From a virus (Duplodnaviria > Caudoviricetes): 64,000 nt of DNA. The DNA is taken from positions 664 through 64,663 of the IMG/VR virus record IMGVR_UViG_3300024264_000029; one strand, written 5' to 3'. The position numbers and the translations under genes were made by a program. Position 1 is the first letter of the stretch, and every line of letters begins with the position of its first letter. Positions 47,834 through 56,046 of this stretch are shown piece after piece. The notes under the pieces are model-generated. The model was not told where the DNA came from. It saw only the letters and a program-made list of their open reading frames with translations, and searched no databases.

Positions 47834-47862
47834 ATTATACGCTATAACGCAAGTTTTGTCAA
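47834..47862 (-). promoter_or_regulatory. Consensus sigma70 promoter of gp33
   Basis: TTGACA-N17-TATAAT. Confidence 0.85.
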
Positions 47863-47866
47863 GAGT

Positions 47867-48040
47867 TTATTCGGATTTCCAGAGTGTCAATGCACCCCAA
47901 GCAATAGCGGCCCACGCTGCTAGTTCGACAAATGGATTTCCCATCAGTACGACTACTCCCATGGCAATTAATAATGCGCCATCCCAAGATGTTCTTTCAC
48001 TCTTCCGAGCCATAACCCAATCTTTTAACTTAGTAATCAT
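47867..48040 (-). CDS. 57-aa membrane protein
   Basis: MITKLKDWVMARKSERTSWDGALLIAMGVVVLMGNPFVELAAWAAIAWGALTLWKSE; AAGGAGGT RBS. Confidence 0.75.
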   Translation of the reverse strand: MITKLKDWVMARKSERTSWDGALLIAMGVVVLMGNPFVELAAWAAIAWGALTLWKSE

Positions 48041-48079
48041 ATTACCTCCTTTCGTTAAGTTAGTTTCTAGTATAAAACA

Positions 48080-48883
48080 CTAAGAATTTAATGTTTCATT
48101 TAAATCTGCTTCTTTACATAAAAACCCAGATGCAGTTCCGTCTGGACTATACATATCAAAATGTACTAACATATCTGCTTTACTAAATCCATTCCGATTC
48201 CATCTATACGGAAACACTATGAATTTACTATCATTTGAACGAATATGAATTTTTGAATTTGCTTGTGTTTCGCCGCGCTGTTGTCCAAAAACAAAATTAC
48301 AAGTAACATTTTCAAACTTGGCAAGTTCCCATTCTGCAATCAATATTTTATTCGAAGGATAATTTGGAAACGGACTCGAAGATGAATACTCCACATTATG
48401 ACCCCATAATGGAGCTTTTCTATCTATCCAACCAGAGGCAGTTACAGATATATTGTTTGCTCTAGTTGCCGAGATGATCGCAACAAAAGTCTGTGGCTCC
48501 GCACTTTCATTTGTGTACTTTATGATACCCTTTGGATTGGAGACATTTATATCTGCTATACTATCATCGTCAAAGTCTATTCTAAGGTCTAAGTAATCTG
48601 CTGGTGTATAGTTACAATCTATTTTTATTTTCATTGTTGTGCCGGGGTCGATAGAAAACCTTTTTGAGATTATTGTATCTCCAGTGCTCATTTGGCCAGT
48701 TCTCTCAGACATCCAATACTTATTACTTTTTTCTGCAGATTTCCTCTGCACACCAAATACATATAACTGTCCAACTCCATAGGTTCGTTCAGAAGTACCA
48801 TAAAATGGAATGTATTCCAATCCTAAGTGGTCTTTAATACCCAAGCGAATTCTATCGCTCACTAATCTTATAGTTCTAGACAT
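48080..48883 (-). CDS. Hypothetical protein (beta-rich, possibly late/virion)
   Basis: 267-aa ORF; TATAAATA at 49011..49018 lies upstream, inside the exonuclease gene. Confidence 0.6.
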   Translation of the reverse strand: MSRTIRLVSDRIRLGIKDHLGLEYIPFYGTSERTYGVGQLYVFGVQRKSAEKSNKYWMSERTGQMSTGDTIISKRFSIDPGTTMKIKIDCNYTPADYLDLRIDFDDDSIADINVSNPKGIIKYTNESAEPQTFVAIISATRANNISVTASGWIDRKAPLWGHNVEYSSSSPFPNYPSNKILIAEWELAKFENVTCNFVFGQQRGETQANSKIHIRSNDSKFIVFPYRWNRNGFSKADMLVHFDMYSPDGTASGFLCKEADLNETLNS

Positions 48884-48891
48884 TTCTTTTC

Positions 48892-49566
48892 CTAAAATTG
48901 ATTCTTATATTCTTCTACCATATTTATCAGGTCGCCGATGTGTGCATCACGCTTTGAAATAAACACTTCTGGTTCATCCTTATCTGCGATTGCCGCAATA
49001 ATTACAAGACTATTTATAGGCATTTTATATCTCTCTTCAAACATAACTGCATATCCTGCAGCTTGACGGAAATATTTTTCTAACTTACCATATTTATCAC
49101 CGACCATAGGTTGCCTAGAAGTCTTAAAGTCGATTACGGACAACTTACCATCAAAATCTGCTACACAGTCTACAGTGCCTGCTAAACCAAGATGGTCAGA
49201 GTACATAGGTTTCTCTTGTGCATAGATATTATCAACACGATTATCAAGAACAGGTTTTATCTTCAAAAAAGTCTCTATGTCAAATGGCATAGTCTTTTCT
49301 GTTTTCCATTCTAGATTATTTAGGTGGTCTTCAGCCATTTGATGGACACTAGTTCCACTTCTTGCTGCTTGTGTTGTTATTTTGTTTGCAACTTCCGCAC
49401 CAACTCTTCTTCTCCACTCTGCAATACCCTTTGCGGAAAAATGTGAGAGAACAGTTGTGATAGATGGATACTTATTTCCATCTGGTGTTTCATAAAATCT
49501 TTTGCCATTTTCTGTAACCCTTTTTAAAGTGTGGGTTGGCAATTCAACATCTACATGATTAAACAT
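48892..49566 (-). CDS. Cas4-like PD-(D/E)XK exonuclease
   Basis: R.Y.TPDG.KYPSITTVL, GT.VH...E, E..MYS...LAGTVDC and IDFKTS...Y..Q..GYA. Confidence 0.88.
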   Translation of the reverse strand: MFNHVDVELPTHTLKRVTENGKRFYETPDGNKYPSITTVLSHFSAKGIAEWRRRVGAEVANKITTQAARSGTSVHQMAEDHLNNLEWKTEKTMPFDIETFLKIKPVLDNRVDNIYAQEKPMYSDHLGLAGTVDCVADFDGKLSVIDFKTSRQPMVGDKYGKLEKYFRQAAGYAVMFEERYKMPINSLVIIAAIADKDEPEVFISKRDAHIGDLINMVEEYKNQF

Positions 49567-49623
49567 TTTTAATTCCTATTTTAAGTTAAACCTCATCCTC
49601 CAGCTCAACTCTTCCTTTCTGTC
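49546..49623. repeat. 78-bp direct repeat, copy 1
   Basis: Identical to 50012..50089. Confidence 0.95.
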
Positions 49624-49790
49624 GATCCTAGTTCAGCCCCATCATAAAGACATTCTCATAAATGATACCATAGTATTAGTAAACCCTATTTTACGTCGAT
49701 TACTAATACTATGATGTTAGTTCAAATGTCCTTATGGTGGAGCTGTGGGGTACTGCCCCCCAGTCCAGTTCGTATTCGATTTGTTTCATC
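49619..49790 (-). ncRNA. Second permuted tmRNA-like element: tRNA-like domain plus intervening hairpin, with no tag reading frame
   Basis: Minus strand reads CTGGAC-TGGGG-GGCAGTA-CCCCA-CAGCTCC-A-CCA, then a 94-nt hairpin spacer, then GGGGCTG-AACTAGGATCGACAG. G3:U70 is present. The upper boundary is approximate. Confidence 0.8.
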
Positions 49791-49804
49791 GATTACATCT
49801 TTAC

Positions 49805-49993
49805 TTAGTCCATGTCCATGACTAAGAATTCTTTGTCTAACCATTTGCGTTCTTTTTTGTTATACGCTTTCTTGATCTTTTTGCAAACTTTAGATCTTTG
49901 TGTATAACAGTAGAACTCACGCGCATCAGTTAACACATCCCACTCATCACCAGAGTTCATAGGTTTTCTTGGCAGTCTACTATTTCTCTGCAT
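49805..49993 (-). CDS. Small basic hypothetical protein
   Basis: 62 aa; GDEWDVLT..R..Y.Y......KKIKK.YNKKER; GAAGGAAG RBS. Confidence 0.7.
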   Translation of the reverse strand: MQRNSRLPRKPMNSGDEWDVLTDAREFYCYTQRSKVCKKIKKAYNKKERKWLDKEFLVMDMD

Positions 49994-50011
49994 CTAATCT
50001 TCCTTCTATGA

Positions 50012-50089
50012 AACATCTACATGATTAAACATTTTTAATTCCTATTTTAAGTTAAACCTCATCCTCCAGCTCAACTCTTCCTTTCTGTC
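50012..50089. repeat. 78-bp direct repeat, copy 2
   Basis: Identical to 49546..49623; contains an abortive start of the exonuclease (MFNHVDVS*). Confidence 0.95.
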
Positions 50090-50219
50090 CACATTTCGGG
50101 CAATACCAATTGCCCCGATCAATTTTAAAATTACTTCTCATTACTGCATAAGTGAAGTAACACTTACACTGGGCACAAGTAATATGAAAAATATATTCCA
50201 AGTGCGCCGAGAAACTCAT
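50052..50219 (-). CDS. 55-aa zinc-ribbon protein
   Basis: MSFSAHLEYIFHITCAQCKCYFTY...WYCPKCGQKGRVELEDEV, two CxxC pairs. Confidence 0.7.
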   Translation of the reverse strand: MSFSAHLEYIFHITCAQCKCYFTYAVMRSNFKIDRGNWYCPKCGQKGRVELEDEV

Positions 50220-50220
50220 A

Positions 50221-50553
50221 TCATTCTTCTTCCTTGAAACCCATTTTCAGAAGTTTTATGTATTGAAACATATCTTCTGAAAATGGATTATCAATTCCTA
50301 ATTGTCTATCCACAATTGCTTCCAAAACCATATTCATAAAGGCCATTTCCTCATGTAGGCCTTCATCTGTAGATAAAGGAAACTCATAATCATTCGTAAG
50401 TTTATCAATAACATCAATCATAACATGATGACAGATTTGTTCAGTCTCAGAACCATTGGCCAAATAATCATTGATAGAATCAAGATCAATATGTCCACTT
50501 TCTTTCTTTGCACCAAATAATTCTGTTGCATCTATTACGACATTTGTTTCCAT
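50221..50553 (-). CDS. Hypothetical acidic protein
   Basis: 110-aa ORF overlapping the phoH stop codon. Confidence 0.65.
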   Translation of the reverse strand: METNVVIDATELFGAKKESGHIDLDSINDYLANGSETEQICHHVMIDVIDKLTNDYEFPLSTDEGLHEEMAFMNMVLEAIVDRQLGIDNPFSEDMFQYIKLLKMGFKEEE

Positions 50554-51275
50554 TAAGCTATTCCTAATTCCAACTTGTTGATTATATAGTCTTTAACCAA
50601 AGCACTTCTGACAATATCATCTTGGCCAAATTCAATGAATGCGAATTGTGGCATATTTTTAATAATTTTCATAAAATCTAAAACGCCGTCTTTTTCGTCT
50701 TTCCATCTGAAATCAGACTGTCTGAAATCTCCACAGAATAATATTAAACAGTTTTCTCCCATTCTGGTTATCACTGAATCCAATTCGTGAAAATTCATAT
50801 TTTGACATTCATCTACTATGATTATACTATCGTAAAAAGTTTGTCCTCGTATAAAAGATGTTGAAGTAAAGTTAATTAAGTTATTCTTTCTTAGACTTTC
50901 ATATGCAGTGCCACATTCTAATAATTCATTAACTATTGTCTTATATGGTGCTTCATATGATTCTATTTTTTGTTTTTCGGTGCCAGGCAAAAATCCCATA
51001 TCTCTAGTAGGAACTACACTTCTTATAATTTGTATTTCTCTGTACATAGATCTGGAAGACATTAATTCTCTCAGCGCAAGATACAGCGAAACGAATGTTT
51101 TTCCTGTTCCTGCTACTCCATGTAGAAATAGGTGGTGGCCATCTTCAAAAGCGTTAAATACTTCTTGTTGAGATGGTGTTGCCGGATAAATTCTTTTTAA
51201 ATCTGAACTCCTGTTATCTAAACCGATGAATCTTTTATTTCTATTAATTTTACTTTTTTTGGATCTTTTGCTCAC
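50553..51275 (-). CDS. phoH: PhoH-family ATPase
   Basis: GVAGTGKT, RSVVP.RDMGFLPG, FIRG.TF, IIVDECQN, GD..QSD and DIVRS.LVK. Confidence 0.95.
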   Translation of the reverse strand: MSKRSKKSKINRNKRFIGLDNRSSDLKRIYPATPSQQEVFNAFEDGHHLFLHGVAGTGKTFVSLYLALRELMSSRSMYREIQIIRSVVPTRDMGFLPGTEKQKIESYEAPYKTIVNELLECGTAYESLRKNNLINFTSTSFIRGQTFYDSIIIVDECQNMNFHELDSVITRMGENCLILFCGDFRQSDFRWKDEKDGVLDFMKIIKNMPQFAFIEFGQDDIVRSALVKDYIINKLELGIA

Positions 51276-51325
51276 GCCAGACTCCTTACTCTGTTAGGGG
51301 AAAAGACATGTGAACTTATACCTAT

Positions 51326-51610
51326 TTACGAACCGACCTCTCTTGTAAACTTAGTTTCATTATATGTTTTACCCATAGATTTATCGAAGGCTTTATCCAA
51401 AACCTTTTCTTTGAACTCTAGGGGAACTTTCGTGACGCCCATGGCGACAGGATCAGCAACCATAGGAGCTTTGGTGATAATCTGTTTTAATTTTTTGGGT
51501 TGAGAGCATTGTGGACAAGAACCTTGTAGGACCTCATCTCTTTCAGAAATTTTACACGAATGTTCATATTCGTGATTGCAATTTGTACATCTAAATGTGT
51601 ATAGTGGCAT
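51326..51610 (-). CDS. FmdB-family zinc-ribbon protein
   Basis: MPLYTFRC..C.HEYE...CP.C. Confidence 0.8.
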   Translation of the reverse strand: MPLYTFRCTNCNHEYEHSCKISERDEVLQGSCPQCSQPKKLKQIITKAPMVADPVAMGVTKVPLEFKEKVLDKAFDKSMGKTYNETKFTREVGS

Positions 51611-51756
51611 TATAACCTCATTTCACTATTATAGATGTTAGGCATAAATTTATATTCAAATATACTTTTCCGTTTTTGATTACTCAATATAGAAATACAT
51701 AACGATACTAATATATATGAAACATTAATACCTAACATCCGTGTTTCACGCTAGTT

Positions 51757-51978
51757 TTAATCTTTATTAGAAACAAAAGAATACAATTCTTTAGCCTTAA
51801 CCATAAGTTCTTCCATAGAGTACATTTTATATGCATCTTGGACTTCTTCATAAGTTTTATTACCCTGCTCGTACATATCGTTCATCAACTGAACATTCAT
51901 ATGATATTGACTATCCATATAGTCTTTAGCAAGTTTAAGCATATCTGCTCTTATTTCAAATGGGTTCTTATTAGACAT
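51757..51978 (-). CDS. Conserved phage hypothetical protein
   Basis: NPFEIR.DMLKLAKDY...KAKELY.FVS; translationally coupled to the upstream gene. Confidence 0.7.
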   Translation of the reverse strand: MSNKNPFEIRADMLKLAKDYMDSQYHMNVQLMNDMYEQGNKTYEEVQDAYKMYSMEELMVKAKELYSFVSNKD

Positions 51979-52187
51979 TATTTCATTCCCTTCACAAACG
52001 CATCACCAGTTGCATTTGCAAAATCATTCATAGATTTTACTGCAATTTTTGTGAATGTTGTTTGGGCTTCAATAAAGGCCTTTAGTGGCGCAGACAAAGT
52101 TTCGTCTTTTACTAAAGTGTCAACCATTGTTTTCTTTGTAGTCTGGATATGGTCAATCCAGTAGTTTGTTGTCCAATCATTAATCAT
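51978..52187 (-). CDS. Small helical (phasin-like) protein
   Basis: ID.IQ..KK..V.T.V....L...L..FI.AQT.F.K; CAGGAG RBS. Confidence 0.55.
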   Translation of the reverse strand: MINDWTTNYWIDHIQTTKKTMVDTLVKDETLSAPLKAFIEAQTTFTKIAVKSMNDFANATGDAFVKGMK

Positions 52188-52213
52188 ATTTTTCTCCTGT
52201 GTGTTTGTGTAAA

Positions 52214-52258
52214 TTCCCCCTAACCATGGGGGGAAGCGTGCTGATTAAGGAGCAACCC
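52214..52258 (-). ncRNA. Unnamed two-hairpin RNA motif, copy A
   Basis: GGGT-TGCT-CCTTAATC-AGCA-CGC-TTCCCCC-CATGGTTA-GGGGGAA; covaries with 57202..57248. Confidence 0.75.
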
Positions 52259-52267
52259 TACAACTAT

Positions 52268-52621
52268 TTAGAAGCTGAATGATGCACCAATGCTAATATC
52301 ACCCATTCCCCACTCATCGTCTGTAGTGGTTTTTGTATATACTTCCAAGCCAGTTACTGAAGTTACTGGTAGTGTTACTTGATATTCCATACCTGTAAAT
52401 TCAATATCTTCTAGATCCATAATATTTGGGCCAACTTCTACGTTAGCAATACCAAAATTCCATGTCAAATCAGTTTCAAATGTCAAAGCATTTGTTTCTG
52501 TTTCCATGTTTCTTTCTGCTTTAAATTCACTGTCTAATGATAGACCATTTCCTAATTCAATCGCTGCGGCCGAACTTGCCAAACCAAGTGCAACAACACT
52601 TGCTGTAATAAGAGTTTTCAT
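52268..52621 (-). CDS. Small outer-membrane beta-barrel/porin-like protein
   Basis: Signal peptide MKTLITASVVALGLASSAAA, alternating beta strands, C-terminal IGASFSF (BAM-type terminal Phe). Confidence 0.65.
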   Translation of the reverse strand: MKTLITASVVALGLASSAAAIELGNGLSLDSEFKAERNMETETNALTFETDLTWNFGIANVEVGPNIMDLEDIEFTGMEYQVTLPVTSVTGLEVYTKTTTDDEWGMGDISIGASFSF

Positions 52622-52659
52622 TTCTGTATTTCCTTTGTTAAAATTCTTATAAATTAAAA

Positions 52660-52980
52660 TGTCACTACTTCTGTTGCTAGGTGAGTGACCAACCCCCTGT
52701 GGTTATGCTGCTAGAGCAAACTCAGATGGTGCAAAATTATCGTTTGCATTTGTAGTTTGTGGCTGAATAACGTAGGCCAACACGGTAATCTACTCTCATC
52801 TCTACACACCTGTCGATCCTAGTTCGCCCCCATCATAAATGCACTAACTTCGACTACCCATTCGGGCCATCTATGTTCTGCAAAACTTCCTGTTGCAGCA
52901 GGACGCAGTGCATTTATGGTGGAGGCGTTGGGTACTGCCCCCAAGTCCAGTATGTATGTTGAATCGTATCAACAATTACA
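52660..52980 (-). ncRNA. ssrA: Circularly permuted two-piece tmRNA (alphaproteobacterial type); tag ANDNFAPSEFALAA*
   Basis: The acceptor piece ends TTGGG-GGCAGTA-CCCAA-CGCCTCC-A-CCA at 52917. Intervening hairpin 52832..52916. The coding piece starts GGGGGCGAACTAGGATCGAC at 52831. Tag ORF 52747..52703. G3:U70 is present. Outer ends are approximate. Confidence 0.95.
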
Positions 52981-52986
52981 AGTATA

Positions 52987-53015
52987 CTTATAACATAGTT
53001 TTCCATGTGCGTCAA
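52987..53015 (-). promoter_or_regulatory. Sigma70-type promoter of the tmRNA
   Basis: TTGACG-N17-TATAAG just upstream of the acceptor piece. Confidence 0.75.
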
Positions 53016-53051
53016 TAGTTTTTCAACTTTTTAATACACATGGTATTTTTA

Positions 53052-53522
53052 TCACACTATCAGTTCGAAGTGTGGGCCATCAATAAATGGTCTGCGATTT
53101 TGAGAACGGCGCAAATCAATATATGCATTCATTGCATCTTCTGCTGTACCCTCATAAGAACGGATATCACCTTCTGACCATGCTGCTCCCCACTTGACTG
53201 CAACACCCTTTTCTTCTGCTGCCTGCTTGAATGCATCGCAGATGTTATCGTATACATTAATTTCCCACACAACATCTGATCCATCGTAAGCTACGACATC
53301 AACTGCATGTGAATATCCACTATCTTGAATAAGGTGTTTTGACTTCATAGTTTGAGAACGTCCAGATGCTACTAATTTTTCTTGCTCTTCGACCGTCCGA
53401 ACACCATATGTGACTCCGAAATCAACCGAAGTCAATTCGATAGCACGTTCTACGACTGCGACCATATCTGGATGGACACCTTCTAATTTAACCTTTGATC
53501 TATTTGATAATTTAAATGCCAT
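53052..53522 (-). CDS. Peptidase M15 family endolysin (L-Ala-D-Glu peptidase-like)
   Basis: LSNRS..KLEGVHPD, DF.V..GVRT.EEQ, SKHL..HAVD, WG..W and DGPHFEL. Confidence 0.9.
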   Translation of the reverse strand: MAFKLSNRSKVKLEGVHPDMVAVVERAIELTSVDFGVTYGVRTVEEQEKLVASGRSQTMKSKHLIQDSGYSHAVDVVAYDGSDVVWEINVYDNICDAFKQAAEEKGVAVKWGAAWSEGDIRSYEGTAEDAMNAYIDLRRSQNRRPFIDGPHFELIV

Positions 53523-53524
53523 AT

Positions 53525-54148
53525 CTAATCCTTTTCTGTTTCTATAATATTATCATCTTCATCAACTTCTAATTCATGTTTTGCAAAATCCATACTTATA
53601 TCTTCAATAGTAACACTAACATCATAATCATTCCAATTTGGAGTTTCCCCGCCGGGGCTTATATGTTCGTATTCTGTAGATATAGCAAATAGGATATCTT
53701 CTTCGTCTTTCTTTTCTTGATATTTTCCAAGATCAACTACCTTTGCAGTTCTATCTATACCAGACATTCTTTCTGCAATATCAATATTATCTTTCCGTTT
53801 TAGTTCTTCTAAAACACTCTTTAAAACGTTTTGTTCTTGGCTAACTTTTTTTAGAGATGTTACGCCCTCAACATCTTCTGGAAATAAGTCTGTTTCTCCA
53901 GAAAACCAACCAACATCTTCGCTTGAAAATGTCTTACCGTTATGATTATCTAATCGTAATGTTCCTCTCTTAATAAAATCATAACCAGAACTAATTAAAA
54001 ATTGTTCAACTCGTTCTAAAACATCGCTGATGACCATATCAGAAGCATCAACTGACATGCTCACTCGCATTCCTTCTCTACCATTTTCTCCTTCTACATA
54101 AGAAAACTCGAAATCTGCTTCAAAGGTATCTTCAATATCCATTATCAT
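53525..54148 (-). CDS. Hypothetical acidic protein
   Basis: 207-aa ORF with a GGAGG RBS. Confidence 0.65.
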   Translation of the reverse strand: MIMDIEDTFEADFEFSYVEGENGREGMRVSMSVDASDMVISDVLERVEQFLISSGYDFIKRGTLRLDNHNGKTFSSEDVGWFSGETDLFPEDVEGVTSLKKVSQEQNVLKSVLEELKRKDNIDIAERMSGIDRTAKVVDLGKYQEKKDEEDILFAISTEYEHISPGGETPNWNDYDVSVTIEDISMDFAKHELEVDEDDNIIETEKD

Positions 54149-54151
54149 CTC

Positions 54152-54958
54152 CTATAAATAATTATCTAAACTATTTTCTGCTTTATATCTTGCGATATTG
54201 TTTTTATTGTGTTCCACATCCTTACTATGTATAAAAGGCATTTCAGAACTAATAGTATAACTAGTTTCGCCTGGGCGTTTGATCTTCCATTCTAGATCGG
54301 CATCTTTGGGATAATTCATATCCCATTCACAAGTGGAATTTCTATTCATATACTTTCTATCTTTTTTGGTTATTGGATAGATATACCTAAATTGTTTTCC
54401 CCATACTCTAGAAAAACCCAACTCGCCCATTTTTTCATCATTTGGCCTTGGCCCATACTTCAAATCATCACGGCCCATTTCCTTTTTCATTTTTCTTTGT
54501 ATAGTTCTGAAATGAACTTTTTCGCCCTTATCAGTGACATATACATCGCTCCATATAAATCCCCCATGTAAAAAATTAGCAGATTGATAGACATAGCCAG
54601 GCTTGCCTACAATACCATCTGCCCAAGTATACAGAAATTTTATATCTGGAGTATTATCTCTCATCCATTTTACTGTTTGAGACAACATCTGACTCTCTGA
54701 ATTTCTTGGCATAGATTCGTCCATACACATTTTGCCAATTTCAAAATAATCTTTTGTAGTCAATTCTGGAAACATTTTCTTAATTGTTCCCATAGGATTT
54801 GTTCCCCATCCTAATGTCAGCACACCAACTAATACATCTTTATCAAAAAACCCAAGATAGTGTTTAGTCAATCTAGGCATAACAGCAGAATAATGCCTCT
54901 CTGCAACAAACAGAGAGGCTGTATTCTTATGAAGTTTTTTGATATTGAAAGTTACCAT
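54152..54958 (-). CDS. Mom-like (GNAT-fold) DNA modification protein
   Basis: A..FV...HYS, LVGV.TLG, FEI.KM......RN.ES..LS and LYTWAD...G..G.VYQSANF. Confidence 0.7.
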   Translation of the reverse strand: MVTFNIKKLHKNTASLFVAERHYSAVMPRLTKHYLGFFDKDVLVGVLTLGWGTNPMGTIKKMFPELTTKDYFEIGKMCMDESMPRNSESQMLSQTVKWMRDNTPDIKFLYTWADGIVGKPGYVYQSANFLHGGFIWSDVYVTDKGEKVHFRTIQRKMKKEMGRDDLKYGPRPNDEKMGELGFSRVWGKQFRYIYPITKKDRKYMNRNSTCEWDMNYPKDADLEWKIKRPGETSYTISSEMPFIHSKDVEHNKNNIARYKAENSLDNYL

Positions 54959-55221
54959 CAGGCATCCTTCATCATGAATGAACGTTGTTTCTTTGGATCG
55001 CCCCAGACTTCACGAGCATTAATTTTAATCTTTCTACGATTAGTTTCATTCTTGTTTGGATTGTCGATAGTCAAAACAACATTCCTACCTTTTGACCACG
55101 CTTGGCGCTGTCTTAGTGCATGTTCCAAAGTACCCTTTGCACGTTTAGTACATCCAGACTTTGCAACATTTCTACGTTCACCTTTAGAAACGTATTGATC
55201 TCTTGATTTTTTACCAGCCAT
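54958..55221 (-). CDS. Basic hypothetical protein
   Basis: 87 aa; YVSKGER.NV and LTIDNPNK.ETNR; coupled to its neighbours. Confidence 0.7.
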   Translation of the reverse strand: MAGKKSRDQYVSKGERRNVAKSGCTKRAKGTLEHALRQRQAWSKGRNVVLTIDNPNKNETNRRKIKINAREVWGDPKKQRSFMMKDA

Positions 55222-55517
55222 TAACCTAATCCTCTCGCCCAGCTTTGAAGACGTTCAAATCTAAATGAGCGCCATCCTTCTTTTTCTAAATCCCAAACTA
55301 CAATAAGATTATCATCTTTTTCTTTTGGAATATCACCTTCTGCCTCAGTTGGATTATCAGGATATGGAATCATACGTGGATTTGTAGTACACATCATATC
55401 ACGAATAGTTCCATCAGCCTTTTCAAACTTTACAAGGCACTTTCTTTTTGACAGATCTTCCTTTAGTTGACTTCGCTTTGCTTCGTCCACTACTACTTCG
55501 TTTTCGTTTTCCGACAT
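55221..55517 (-). CDS. WYL_2/SH3-like fold protein
   Basis: V.FEK.DG.IR.M.CT...VWD.EK.GWRSFR. Confidence 0.75.
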   Translation of the reverse strand: MSENENEVVVDEAKRSQLKEDLSKRKCLVKFEKADGTIRDMMCTTNPRMIPYPDNPTEAEGDIPKEKDDNLIVVWDLEKEGWRSFRFERLQSWARGLG

Positions 55518-56046
55518 CTTTAGTTTCCTTTTTACTTTCTATAACATCATCTCTAATTTTTTCAAAGTGTTTCCAATGTTTGGGTGTATCATTGTAACGT
55601 CCATTATACAATATATTCCAGTCTTTGTCAATAGAATTCCAATACATCAAATGAAAGTTTTCTGCTTTGGTTTTTGCCTTTGCATATATCATATCGCCAG
55701 GAAATTCTAATTTTTCATAAATTAAAGAATCATCAAACTTTGCCTTGGGTGTTGGTTTTGGATATTTTTTTAAAACTGGTTGTGCGGCCTTGGTTTTGGG
55801 TGGGCGGTCATAATACACAGTTTTATTCTGTGGAATAGTCCACTTTTCATCTTCCTGTTCCAGCGCCTTTTTCTTATCGGCCTCAATTTGTGCCTTTGTT
55901 CTGCGCTTGCGTTTCTTCTTCACTGGAGATTTTTTTGGCGTGTCTTCTTCCAAATGGTCAAAGATATCACGAAACTTTGGTGTCGCTGCTCGAGCGGCTT
56001 CCATTTCTGCTTTAGTTCTGCGTTTTCGTTTAGGTTTCTGAGTCAT
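55423..56046 (-). CDS. Lys/Arg-rich hypothetical protein with two KRKRRTKA(E/Q) motifs
   Basis: 207-aa ORF; its 3' end overlaps the WYL_2 gene. Confidence 0.6.
   Translation of the reverse strand: MTQKPKRKRRTKAEMEAARAATPKFRDIFDHLEEDTPKKSPVKKKRKRRTKAQIEADKKKALEQEDEKWTIPQNKTVYYDRPPKTKAAQPVLKKYPKPTPKAKFDDSLIYEKLEFPGDMIYAKAKTKAENFHLMYWNSIDKDWNILYNGRYNDTPKHWKHFEKIRDDVIESKKETKDVGKRKRSSSGRSKAKSTKGRSVKKKVPCKV

Noticed and set aside
49546-50089. IS element, intron or diversity-generating retroelement explaining the 78-bp repeat
   Set aside because: There is no transposase, integrase or reverse transcriptase in the window, no terminal inverted repeats, and the two copies have no adenine-specific differences.
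51633-51739. Inverted repeat GATGTTAGG/CCTAACATC enclosing an AT-rich intergenic region (6S-like RNA?)
   Set aside because: Only 9 bp pair convincingly and the interior is low-complexity AT; not enough evidence.
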